Assembly (NCBI GenBank): GCA_963977445.1
Contig: CAXBPH010000025.1
Location: forward strand, 1 to 41,179
DNA: 41,179 nucleotides
From: an uncultured bacterium
Lineage (GTDB): Bacteria; Hydrogenedentota; Hydrogenedentia; Hydrogenedentales; JAEUWI01
Reading direction: 5' to 3'
Shown: positions 18,998 through 27,485 of the stretch, piece after piece
Layout of the letters: the number at the start of each line of letters is the position of its first letter
Numbering within the stretch: the stretch's first letter is position 1
Made by a program: the position numbers and the translations under genes
Notes under the pieces: generated by a model
The model's input: only the letters and a program-made list of their open reading frames with translations
What the model was told of the DNA's origin: nothing
Database searches by the model: none

Positions 18998-20971
18998 TTA
19001 CTCCACAACGATCTCAAAGTCCTGCTCCGCAATCAGTGAATGACCACCTGTTACGCCGAACAAATCCTTAAGTTCCTCTTCCCGATGTTCCTCAACCAGA
19101 GTATCCACGTGCTCCCGGGTGAGCCGGTTACCCTCTGCATCTAACACGTCGCCTACGCCAAAACGCACTCCCAATGCGATTTGGTGCGCACTCATGCCGT
19201 AGTCAAAGCCTACATCCTTTATCTCGTCTACAAGATTGATAGGTACCATGCCGGCAATGAGTTTAGCTTTGACGGTATAGATGCCCGGACCCGTCAACTT
19301 CTTTTTACCAATCTTATACTTGGCCCGGCGCGTGTCCAGGGGCGTGATGTTTTTCTTGTGAATCCGCGCGCCAGCAGGGCGACCCGTCAAGGTGGCCGAA
19401 AAACGGGAAGGACGAATGAAGGGCAGTGGGCTCGGCGAGAAATTGATGGCCAAGACCTGTTCGCGGTCGGTCCCGCGATTGTTGCGGGTGATAAAACTCG
19501 ACTGAAGGGTGAAGAGTTGCTGGTCCAGGGAGAGCTCGCGGTTATGCACGAACAGGGAGTGGAGGTCACGAACGTCGAAATTCGGATCCAGGTCACCGGA
19601 GACAAAAACCGTCTCCCCTGCTTCATTCAAAACTTCAACCTGCAGGAACACGACACGTTCCGCGATAAAGCCCGTGGGCACACTGTGTCCGTCGGTCAGA
19701 TTCTTCACGTCGATTTCGAATTCAATGCCTTTTTTGGTGGACGCTTTCGTTATCTCGTATTCGCCGATGCCGTAGCCGGCTTGCAATACGGCCAGGCGCT
19801 CTTGCTGATACTCTTCCAGCAAGGCCAGCTGGTCGGCGATTAAGTCGCGGGCTTCGTAGCGCTCGTCGATGTTTTCCCAACGGGCGGGAAAGGCCGTGCC
19901 CTTACCGGCGTCCTGACGGGCGGGCTCGTCTTCTTCTTCAAATTGATCGGTGCCCCAGCCTGCCTGATAGTCGAAGGTCAACCATTCGCGAATCGTTGCA
20001 AATTCTGCAGCGTCGTCATTGTGGGGGTAAATACCGGGGTGAATAACGGAATGGTCGGGACCAGCGAAACGGTGGTTTGTTTTCTTTCGCTCTTCACCAA
20101 CCCACTTGGCACCAATCTTAGCAATCTGCTTCTTGTCGTAGTTGGTTTCTTTGTCGCCAGAGAAAACACCAGGCGTGTTACCCATGTGACAGTCACTACA
20201 GGTCACCCCGTTGCGGGACGCGGGACTTTGCTTGTACTCACTGAAGGCTTCCTCAAGGCGAAAACCGTTCAGTAGATTCACGTCGTGGCAGACACCGCAG
20301 AATGAAGATTCCTGTAACTGGTAGAAAGGCAGGGTCTCCCCGTGCACTTTCCCTTCGCCAAATTTGTTTGTAATCTCAGCACCGAAGGTCTCGGGGAACT
20401 CAGGGTTTCCCTTCGGCCCATAAATAGGTTGGTCCAACTCACCATCCTGAAGGGCGATACGTCCGCTGATTTTTCCGTATGTCTTGTTGATCCGGTGGCA
20501 AACCACGCAAGTCACGCCTTCACGAGAGGTGGGACTACGGTCAATATTGCTCATGAAAATATCTTCGGAAAGATTCATGCCCACGGGGGTATGACAACGG
20601 ATACAAAAGTCGCCATTGGTCCCGTTGGTAAGCTTCAGTATCTTCGCATGCATCGCGTTAAATACAGGGCTCATTTGTGCATACGCGTGGGGAGAAACAG
20701 ACCACTCGCGATAGTGGTCCGGGTGGCACTGCTTGCACTCGCTGGCGGAAGGATAGTAAGGCTTACCTTCTCCGTCTTTATAGATGGCTACGTGTACGTT
20801 TTCATCCGCGACGGCCTCATCCGCAACTACCTCCTCCGCAGGTGCCTCAGCGGCATCGTCCGCTGCGACGGCAATACCGCCCAGCCAAAATCCGCCCAAT
20901 ACTGTAAGTGCGGCGATGGCTTTGGTACCCGGCAACCACGTGTTGAACTGAAACAAGAAGTGCGTTTTCAT
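18998..20971 (-). CDS. Exported pentaheme cytochrome c with a C-terminal beta-sandwich region
   Basis: Five CxxCH motifs (CKQCH, CIRCH, CVVCH, CGVCH, CSDCH), 'NHRFAG', 'NLTDGHSVPTG'; signal peptide (AVA-A). Confidence 0.88.
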   Translation of the reverse strand: MKTHFLFQFNTWLPGTKAIAALTVLGGFWLGGIAVAADDAAEAPAEEVVADEAVADENVHVAIYKDGEGKPYYPSASECKQCHPDHYREWSVSPHAYAQMSPVFNAMHAKILKLTNGTNGDFCIRCHTPVGMNLSEDIFMSNIDRSPTSREGVTCVVCHRINKTYGKISGRIALQDGELDQPIYGPKGNPEFPETFGAEITNKFGEGKVHGETLPFYQLQESSFCGVCHDVNLLNGFRLEEAFSEYKQSPASRNGVTCSDCHMGNTPGVFSGDKETNYDKKQIAKIGAKWVGEERKKTNHRFAGPDHSVIHPGIYPHNDDAAEFATIREWLTFDYQAGWGTDQFEEEDEPARQDAGKGTAFPARWENIDERYEARDLIADQLALLEEYQQERLAVLQAGYGIGEYEITKASTKKGIEFEIDVKNLTDGHSVPTGFIAERVVFLQVEVLNEAGETVFVSGDLDPNFDVRDLHSLFVHNRELSLDQQLFTLQSSFITRNNRGTDREQVLAINFSPSPLPFIRPSRFSATLTGRPAGARIHKKNITPLDTRRAKYKIGKKKLTGPGIYTVKAKLIAGMVPINLVDEIKDVGFDYGMSAHQIALGVRFGVGDVLDAEGNRLTREHVDTLVEEHREEELKDLFGVTGGHSLIAEQDFEIVVE

Positions 20972-21290
20972 AACTGTCTCCCGAAACTTTCCGAGCACCC
21001 TGGGAACGCTCTTTTTTGGTTCTTTAGAACGCTATACGAACGACCCGACGTTTGTTTTGCGGGCCTTAAACCAGGCCACGTTACGCTCAACCCGCCCACC
21101 GACGACGTGATTTTGCATAGTCCGATTTTTCGAACTGTCCAGCGCATTTACCTGAACTGTTGCAGTCGAAAGCTCGGTCACGCCCTCAGAAAAACTTTTA
21201 TTCCTGACACTTCAGAAATTCGCGTTCCATGAGTTCCACACACACCAGGAACCTGGATCACATCAGGAAACATCCCCTGGTCAGTCTGCA

Positions 21291-21320
21291 GGTTGCCACG
21301 CGCGCTTGCGCGTGGCGACC
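21291..21320 (-). terminator. GC-rich hairpin immediately downstream of the 51-aa ORF
   Basis: GGTTGCCACGCGC-GCTT-GCGCGTGGCGACC, a 13-bp near-perfect inverted repeat 8 nt after the stop. Confidence 0.6.
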
Positions 21321-21328
21321 GCAACAAA

Positions 21329-21484
21329 TCAGGAAATGAAGTTCAGCAAGTTGGTAATAAATGTAAGCAAAGCATTGAGTGATCCGGCCAGATCGCCGAT
21401 GAAATTAACTGCAAGGCGAAAAAAGTTAAAGTCGCTATAAGCCGCTTTGGGGCTTCGTGAGTTGGTCTTAACTACGCTCGTCAT
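21329..21484 (-). CDS. Small protein (51 aa): basic N-terminus plus amphipathic/hydrophobic C-terminal helix
   Basis: MTSVVKTNSRSPKAAYSDFNFFRLAVNFIGDLAGSLNALLTFITNLLNFIS. Strong GGAGG Shine-Dalgarno, upstream promoter and downstream hairpin. Confidence 0.7.
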   Translation of the reverse strand: MTSVVKTNSRSPKAAYSDFNFFRLAVNFIGDLAGSLNALLTFITNLLNFIS

Positions 21485-21629
21485 GATATTCCTCCGCTCC
21501 TGATTTGTTGTTGGCAATTTTGAAGAAGAGTTTGGGCGACAGCCACACCGATGTCTGCCACCATTTAACGCAGTCAGATCCCGCCACTTCCACTCTTGCG
21601 GCACCCAGCCCACGCACTCTTCCCAATAC

Positions 21630-21666
21630 GTAAATAAAGAATAAATTATTTACAAGAAATTTGCAA
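21630..21666 (-). promoter_or_regulatory. Putative sigma70 promoter with an overlapping palindromic operator for the small ORF
   Basis: TTGCAA - 17 nt - TATTCT on the minus strand; inverted repeat GTAAATAA-N8-TTATTTAC at 21630-21653. Confidence 0.5.
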
Positions 21667-21668
21667 GG

Positions 21669-22355
21669 TTATTGACTGGATTGTGCAAGCCAATAAAAAA
21701 CCGCCCCCACCCCTGCCCCAACCACGAGGAGACTGAGGGCAAACACCAACGCCACATTCCCACCCCGATGGCTGAGTAGCTCTTCCTCGGGCAACGCCGT
21801 ATCATCCGCTTCCTTACCAAAATCACCGTGACAGCGGGCGCATCGCTTACTGAAAATGTCGTTATTCTCCCCGCAATTTGGACATACCACGACCGTATCG
21901 TTCCCGTGGCTGCTCATTTCCTGCATGGTGCCGGCCACCATCGTGGAGGCCATGGTTCCCATCGCCATACCCAGCCGTTCGAGCGCCTCGGTAGAGGATT
22001 TGGTGGGCTTAATCTCTGATACACGCGTCCAAGCGTCTATCGCCTTGTCCGTATTACCCGCCCCTTCGTATACCTTCGCAAGCTGTTCCAATAAGGAATA
22101 CTCCTGCGGGTGATCCTTAAGCGCTTTCAGCAATTCGGTCTCCGCCTCGGCATATTTCCCCAGGCGGTAGTAGGTTGCTGCAAGGTAGCGCAATACAGGT
22201 ACCTGATCGGGCCATACGTCGCGAAGCAACAAGAGATGCTCCAAAGCGGAACGATAGTCCCACGCGGTGTAGAGCTTCTTTGCCAGGCGCCAGCGCTGCT
22301 TGTGATCGTCGGGATGCGTATCAACATACGCACGAATTTCTTCTACATCCGCCAT
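21669..22355 (-). CDS. TPR-repeat protein with a zinc ribbon and C-terminal TM anchor
   Basis: TPR-like helices ('LAATYYRLGKYAEAE', 'LAKVYEGAGNTDKAI'), CPNC...CARC, and a C-terminal hydrophobic helix. Confidence 0.8.
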   Translation of the reverse strand: MADVEEIRAYVDTHPDDHKQRWRLAKKLYTAWDYRSALEHLLLLRDVWPDQVPVLRYLAATYYRLGKYAEAETELLKALKDHPQEYSLLEQLAKVYEGAGNTDKAIDAWTRVSEIKPTKSSTEALERLGMAMGTMASTMVAGTMQEMSSHGNDTVVVCPNCGENNDIFSKRCARCHGDFGKEADDTALPEEELLSHRGGNVALVFALSLLVVGAGVGAVFYWLAQSSQ

Positions 22356-22481
22356 AGTGTGTCCAAACGGTGCCTTTGTCGCCCCCAATGTCAATGACTC
22401 GGGGATCTTCCAATAGATGCCAATATCAGCCGGGACACCCCTCCGCAGTTAGCGTCATGGGGTCCAAACGTGCTCAGCGTT

Positions 22482-22510
22482 ATTATAGGTGTGTCAACAT
22501 TGAACGTCAA
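22482..22510 (-). promoter_or_regulatory. Near-consensus sigma70 promoter for the TPR gene
   Basis: TTGACG (22510-22505) - 17 nt - TATAAT (22487-22482). Confidence 0.7.
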
Positions 22511-22661
22511 TAGACGAGGTGTGAATCCTGAAAATAGCCCGGAGCGTATAGTGCCGGAAGAATATCAATACCGTGGCGTTCGCCTTTGTGTATCGTATAG
22601 GATTGGCCTCTATGGGGCGGCATAAACCGGGACGGCGCGCCGAAAACGTGAGGGATGGAAA

Positions 22662-23228
22662 ATGGAAAAGGTATTGGTCGTCGTAGGGGATGGCGCAGAA
22701 GTTATAGACACGATGGTACCCTTTTACCGACTTCAAGAGGACTATCACGTCGATGTTGCGGCCCCCCGGGTGCGGGCGTATCACATGGTGCAACACCATC
22801 ATACGCCCGACTGGGACATTACCATCGAGACGCCGGGCTACGATATTGAATCGAATATTGCCTTCGCTGACGTGAACGCCGAAGACTACATTGGTCTGGT
22901 CTTACCCGGCGGCCGGGCACCCGAATTTTTGCGCTATGACGCCGACCTGATCGCAATCGTCCGTCATTTTTTTGAAACGAAGAAGCCTGTCGCTTCCATC
23001 TGTCATGGCATAGAGATACTGGCCGCCGCCGACGTCATTCGGGGACGAAATGTGACGACCATCCCCCGCTGCCGACTCGATGCCGAAGCGGTCGGGGCGA
23101 TTTACGTCGAAGAAGGCCTGGTCGTGTCGGAAAATCTTTACTGTTGTCGTTTCAAGCGGGAATGTGCCCCATGGATGAAAGCATTCGTAGGGGCACTGGA
23201 GCGACAGACGCAATCACCGCAGAGATAG
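22662..23228 (+). CDS. DJ-1/PfpI family protein
   Basis: 'LVLPGGRAPEFLR' and 'PVASICHG' nucleophile elbow. Confidence 0.9.
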   Translation: MEKVLVVVGDGAEVIDTMVPFYRLQEDYHVDVAAPRVRAYHMVQHHHTPDWDITIETPGYDIESNIAFADVNAEDYIGLVLPGGRAPEFLRYDADLIAIVRHFFETKKPVASICHGIEILAAADVIRGRNVTTIPRCRLDAEAVGAIYVEEGLVVSENLYCCRFKRECAPWMKAFVGALERQTQSPQR

Positions 23229-23256
23229 ACCGCTTGTCTGCCGCCCCGCCAAACCC

Positions 23257-24522
23257 TTAGCTATTGAGGCGATAGGCCACTGTACCTTTAGGATTGTCGT
23301 ACCAACCGGGGTCAGAATAATCGTCGGCACCCAGCTTATCCCGAACCTTTAGAACGGTAAACATTCCGCCCATTTCGAGCGGACCAAAGGGACCCTCACC
23401 CATCATCATGGGCAGGGTATTTTCCGGGAGGGGCATATGTTTGGCGTGCTCCGCATGCTCGGCCATGCCATCTTCACCCATGGCCATGTAGTCGGGCAGT
23501 AGTTTCCATATCTTTTCTTTGATCCCGTCCTGATTTACCCCCATGGTGTTGGGAATTTCGTGTCCCATGGCATTCATCGAATGGTGCGACTTGTGGCAAT
23601 GAAAGGCCCAGTCGCCAGGCACGTTCGCGATAAATTCGATTTCCCGCGTGCTCCCCACTGGAACGGGCACGGTGGTTTGGGGCCACTGACCTGACGTTGG
23701 AATTTTCCCGCCGTCGGTGCCGGTAACCTTGAAGGAATAACCGTGCAGGTGAATGGGATGCTGGTTCATACTCAGATTGCCGAAACGTACCCGCACCCGA
23801 TCCCCTGTCTTGGCGACAAACGGTTTAATCGCCGGAAATATGGTGCTGTTGAAGGTGAACATATTGAAATCCAGCATGACCGATGGGTCAGGTCGATAGG
23901 TACCCGGTTCGATGGCCCATTCGTGCAACATAACGGCATAGTCTCGGTCTATTTGCTCCGGCTCGCCGTCTTTGGGGTGAACAATAAACATGCCCATCAT
24001 CCCCACCGCCATCTGGACCATTTCGTCCGCATGGGGGTGATACATAAAGGTGCCATGTTGCCGCAAGGTAAATTCATAGACGTAGGTCTCCCCTGGCTTG
24101 ATATGGGGCTGACTAAGTCCCCCAACGCCATCCATCCCACTCGGCAGGAACAGGCCGTGCCAATGGATTGTCGTGTGTTCCGGGAGCTTGTTGGTTACGA
24201 GGAAACGGACGCGGTCCCCTTCCACGGCTTCGATGGTCGGCCCGGGGGTTAGGCCGTTGTACCCCCAGCATTTCACTTTCATCCCCGGTGCGAATTCCCG
24301 AACGATGGGTTCGGCGGTCAAATGAAACACTTTGACGCCCTTGTCCATGGTCCACGGGAGAGTCGCCCCGTTGAGGGTTGTCGTTGGAGGGTAGCTCCCC
24401 CCCCGCTTCGCTTCTTTCGCGGGAGCATCCTCCTGCGCAGTGGCGTCGCGAAAGGGCAGCAGGGCCAAACCGCTCGCGCTGAGGGCAGAAAATGATGAAA
24501 GCAGTTGACGTCGTGTAAACAT
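23257..24522 (-). CDS. Tat-exported two-domain multicopper oxidase
   Basis: 'TRRQLL' Tat signal, HWHG, MYHPH, HPIHLHG, HCHKSHHSM and a Met-rich tail; AGGAG Shine-Dalgarno before 24522. Confidence 0.92.
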   Translation of the reverse strand: MFTRRQLLSSFSALSASGLALLPFRDATAQEDAPAKEAKRGGSYPPTTTLNGATLPWTMDKGVKVFHLTAEPIVREFAPGMKVKCWGYNGLTPGPTIEAVEGDRVRFLVTNKLPEHTTIHWHGLFLPSGMDGVGGLSQPHIKPGETYVYEFTLRQHGTFMYHPHADEMVQMAVGMMGMFIVHPKDGEPEQIDRDYAVMLHEWAIEPGTYRPDPSVMLDFNMFTFNSTIFPAIKPFVAKTGDRVRVRFGNLSMNQHPIHLHGYSFKVTGTDGGKIPTSGQWPQTTVPVPVGSTREIEFIANVPGDWAFHCHKSHHSMNAMGHEIPNTMGVNQDGIKEKIWKLLPDYMAMGEDGMAEHAEHAKHMPLPENTLPMMMGEGPFGPLEMGGMFTVLKVRDKLGADDYSDPGWYDNPKGTVAYRLNS

Positions 24523-24532
24523 GAAAGCACTC

Positions 24533-26110
24533 CTAGTGGTGGGTGTGGGCTGTGGGGGAATCGGTTTCCATCGGAAGGGCAGTTTCATCAGCGGGAGGTG
24601 TCATTTCGGACATCCCATCCGATGGTGCTTCCGGGAGGGACTCATCAGGCAACGCCCCACCAACCGCCAATTCCAAACCATTTCGTGCGAGCCAGTATTC
24701 GTGTAAGGCCTCAACATAGTGGCGGGCCGTGTCAATCTGCTTCTGCTTGTCCATCAAGAGGTCATAGACACCGATGAGCATGGCGTTGTAATGGAGACTG
24801 GCCTCATCCACAATCGTTTGGTGGATGGGCAACAGGACCCGCTCATAGTAGGTGACCGACTCCTGGGCCGTCTTGAAACGCTCCCACGCTTCCCGTGTCT
24901 CAGACCGGATATCGATCGCCTGTGCGGATACCCGCTGACTACCCGCGCGCAGTTGAGATTCGGCAATAGCTATCTTAGTTTGTCCCTGATCAAACAGCGG
25001 GAGCTGTAACTCAAGGGCCGGTCCGGTGACATACACGCCGTCTCCATCACGCTCGGTCGATACGGACAGGTCCAGCAGTCCGAGCCAACGCCATCGACGT
25101 GTCGCCTTAACACCAAATACCAACGTTTCGAGTTCCTTTACGGAAGCCGCGAGATCGAAACGATTGGCAATGGCAAAGGACTCCAGACCGGTTGGTGACA
25201 TGTTCATGGCCGGTGGCGCGGCCAGGCGCTCTTCAGCAAGGTGCCATTCCCCGCTCCGTTCCCAGATTCCGAGTATCCGGTTCATTCGTTCCCGGGCAAC
25301 CTTTACCGCAAGTTCCGCCTGGGCGCTATCCAGCAGCGCCTGCGCATGAAATCCGTTCTCCCTGGACATTTCCAAACGATTCAGATTGCCCGCCTCATAC
25401 TGACGTACCGCGAATTCAGCGGCCGCGTCGGTAGCCGTTGTCACGGTCTCCAGCAAGGACGCATTTTGCACTGCGGTCACGTAGTCGTAGTAAACCATCT
25501 TCACGTCGCCGACAAAATGAACAATATCATGGGACAGGGCCAGTTTCGCTTGTTCAAAATGGGCCTCGGCCAATTGTTTTCTCATGGGAAGGGTCATCAA
25601 ATCGAGAAAATTCTGCACCAGTGAAAACTCGATATTGTTCCGAATTGTGGCGCTTTCCGTCGACCGGGACAGGGAGATCCCCCCCCCAGCCTCTCGGGTT
25701 ACTGTCCGACTCTCGCGGCCACTCCGATCGTGGTCTGGAAAACGAACGCTCGCCGTAAAAACGGGATTCTCCAGCAAGCCCGCCTGCACCAAATCGGCCT
25801 GAGCCACTCCGAGGCGTTCGTAGGTCGCCTGCATCTCCGGATTGTTGAGTAAGGCGACCTGAATCGCCCCGGATAGCGTCAGCGGCTGCGCCAACAGATC
25901 GGCAATTTCGACCGCAACGGCTTCGTCTTCCGGGGCACCTTGTATCCAGTGAACTTTTTCCGCGACCCGCGGTGAAATCTTCTGCTGAACATCAGCGAAG
26001 CCGCCATCCTTGGGCACGCTCGCACAACCGGCCATACCGATCAACAATGGAAGCGTTATCAGCCGTATTGGGCGGCTCCCTCTTTGAAACGAATTAGACA
26101 GCCTACTCAT
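24533..26110 (-). CDS. TolC/OEP family outer-membrane lipoprotein (copper-cluster associated)
   Basis: Lipobox MAGC, 'ALLNNP', 'QAGLLENP', 'LQLPLFDQG', long coiled helices and His-containing tail; overlaps the upstream gene end. Confidence 0.88.
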   Translation of the reverse strand: MSRLSNSFQRGSRPIRLITLPLLIGMAGCASVPKDGGFADVQQKISPRVAEKVHWIQGAPEDEAVAVEIADLLAQPLTLSGAIQVALLNNPEMQATYERLGVAQADLVQAGLLENPVFTASVRFPDHDRSGRESRTVTREAGGGISLSRSTESATIRNNIEFSLVQNFLDLMTLPMRKQLAEAHFEQAKLALSHDIVHFVGDVKMVYYDYVTAVQNASLLETVTTATDAAAEFAVRQYEAGNLNRLEMSRENGFHAQALLDSAQAELAVKVARERMNRILGIWERSGEWHLAEERLAAPPAMNMSPTGLESFAIANRFDLAASVKELETLVFGVKATRRWRWLGLLDLSVSTERDGDGVYVTGPALELQLPLFDQGQTKIAIAESQLRAGSQRVSAQAIDIRSETREAWERFKTAQESVTYYERVLLPIHQTIVDEASLHYNAMLIGVYDLLMDKQKQIDTARHYVEALHEYWLARNGLELAVGGALPDESLPEAPSDGMSEMTPPADETALPMETDSPTAHTHH

Positions 26111-26618
26111 CTTTTTTTTCCCCTTTGGTGCTTTCGGGATTCTCTGTCTTCGGAATGAGGCGCATGTCGCATATCGGGCAGCGCCCCGGGGCTTCCTGTA
26201 CAACTTCTGGATGCATGGGACAGGTATACAACGCACCAGGTACGGACGCGCCCTCCTTTGTCGCTACCGGGGGACTTTCCATGGACGGCTCCGTCCCACT
26301 TCCCACCGATGTAGCGTCATGCTTCATCGTCGGCATATCGCCCATCGTACTGTGGTCCATTCCTTTCATCGTCGGCATATCGCCCATCGTACTGTGGTCC
26401 ATTCCTTTCATCGCGGTGGATGATTTTTCCGATTCACCAAGGGGATGATCCGGTTTGGGGAGGGAATAGTCCGTAAGGACGGAGTCACGTCGGGGTTCCG
26501 ACATACTACTGGACTCGGTGCTTGCGGGGTGACCCGATGAGAATTCGACCGGCTCCATCGTCAGACAGCCCGAGAGTACCGGGAGACTGGCTACTAAGAG
26601 TATCGTTGTTCTTAACAT
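26103..26618 (-). CDS. Heavy-metal-binding (HMBD) lipoprotein with Met/His-rich repeats
   Basis: Lipobox LSGC, 'YTCPMHPEV...GRCPICDMRL' and duplicated MKGMDHSTMGDMPT. Confidence 0.85.
   Translation of the reverse strand: MLRTTILLVASLPVLSGCLTMEPVEFSSGHPASTESSSMSEPRRDSVLTDYSLPKPDHPLGESEKSSTAMKGMDHSTMGDMPTMKGMDHSTMGDMPTMKHDATSVGSGTEPSMESPPVATKEGASVPGALYTCPMHPEVVQEAPGRCPICDMRLIPKTENPESTKGEKKDE
26323..26413. repeat. Exact 42-bp tandem duplication (2 copies + 7 bp) inside the HMBD gene
   Basis: TTCATCGTCGGCATATCGCCCATCGTACTGTGGTCCATTCCT at 26323-26364 and 26365-26406. Confidence 0.95.
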
Positions 26619-26629
26619 CTAGATCTCTC

Positions 26630-27385
26630 CTATGGGTTAAAATAATCCACACCAAAAACCAATGCCGCGCCGAAATGCCCCGCGAAAGCCACAAAAAGCG
26701 CCGTTATGAACAGGGATATCTGATAGCGACGTGTCGATGCGATCCCATCTCCAGCGGTAGTTTTCCACGAAAGCCATAAGGTCAAGATGGACAGAATCGC
26801 CGTAATCGTACCGAGCCAGCGATGAATCGTTAAGACGGATACAGACGCAACCGATTCATTGTAGGTTGCCCCGTATGCGCTGGCCCAACCGAGAAGCGCG
26901 GCCACGACTGCACCCAGGGCTCCCAGGGTCAAGCAGTAACGCGCCCCATTTCGAAAGTGGGATTTTCTCGTCAGAAGCGTTAACGCTTCCGCCAGCGCTG
27001 CTGCGAGAATTAAAGCAATTGGAAAGTGTACGACAAGTGGGTGAAATTTACCGATCCAGTCCAGGAAACCATTCTGTCCAATTTGCGACCCATGATCCGT
27101 GGCGTGGTCGTGTGGCTTTTCCCCATGTTCCGCCTCGGATTCATCAGCTTCATGATGAGAGTCCCCATGGGAATGGGGTTCGGTTGCGGACCCGGGCTCT
27201 ACTTCCGGCGGCACGATCGCAGGCGGAGCATCCTGCACCGACGAGGTGGGCCCAGCAAGTCCGTGATCGTGTCCATCGCCGTCATGTTCTTGGGAATGGA
27301 CCGTTTGCGTCAACGTTACAAAAAGCAATATCAGCACGTTTAGCGAAAATGTCAGGGGTGAATAGGTGTAAAAAAAAGATCTCAC
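26630..27385 (-). CDS. DUF2231-like membrane protein with a His/acid-rich N-terminal region
   Basis: 'HPLVVHFPIAL', 'HRWLG' and 'GHFGAALVFG'; His-rich linker after a signal-like segment. Confidence 0.8.
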   Translation of the reverse strand: MRSFFYTYSPLTFSLNVLILLFVTLTQTVHSQEHDGDGHDHGLAGPTSSVQDAPPAIVPPEVEPGSATEPHSHGDSHHEADESEAEHGEKPHDHATDHGSQIGQNGFLDWIGKFHPLVVHFPIALILAAALAEALTLLTRKSHFRNGARYCLTLGALGAVVAALLGWASAYGATYNESVASVSVLTIHRWLGTITAILSILTLWLSWKTTAGDGIASTRRYQISLFITALFVAFAGHFGAALVFGVDYFNP

Positions 27386-27485
27386 GATTTGATTCCTCCG
27401 ATAATCCCTTGCTTCGAAGCTCGGATCACGGGCTTTGAGTAAAGGGGAAATTTGTCATGGAAGGTCGATTAGAGGAGTCGTGAAA

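Noticed and set aside
9050..20971. Assignment to MtrCAB, Nrf, Hao, Hmc or Qrc
   Set aside because: No CxxCK motif, no NrfD-size membrane subunit and no molybdopterin subunit; heme counts and gene order do not fit those systems.
21825..21845. CARCH motif in the TPR protein as a heme c site
   Set aside because: It pairs with an upstream CPNC as a zinc ribbon, and the protein has no export signal.
26323..26413. Tandem repeat as a possible CRISPR array
   Set aside because: There are no spacers, it is an in-frame coding repeat, and no cas genes are present.
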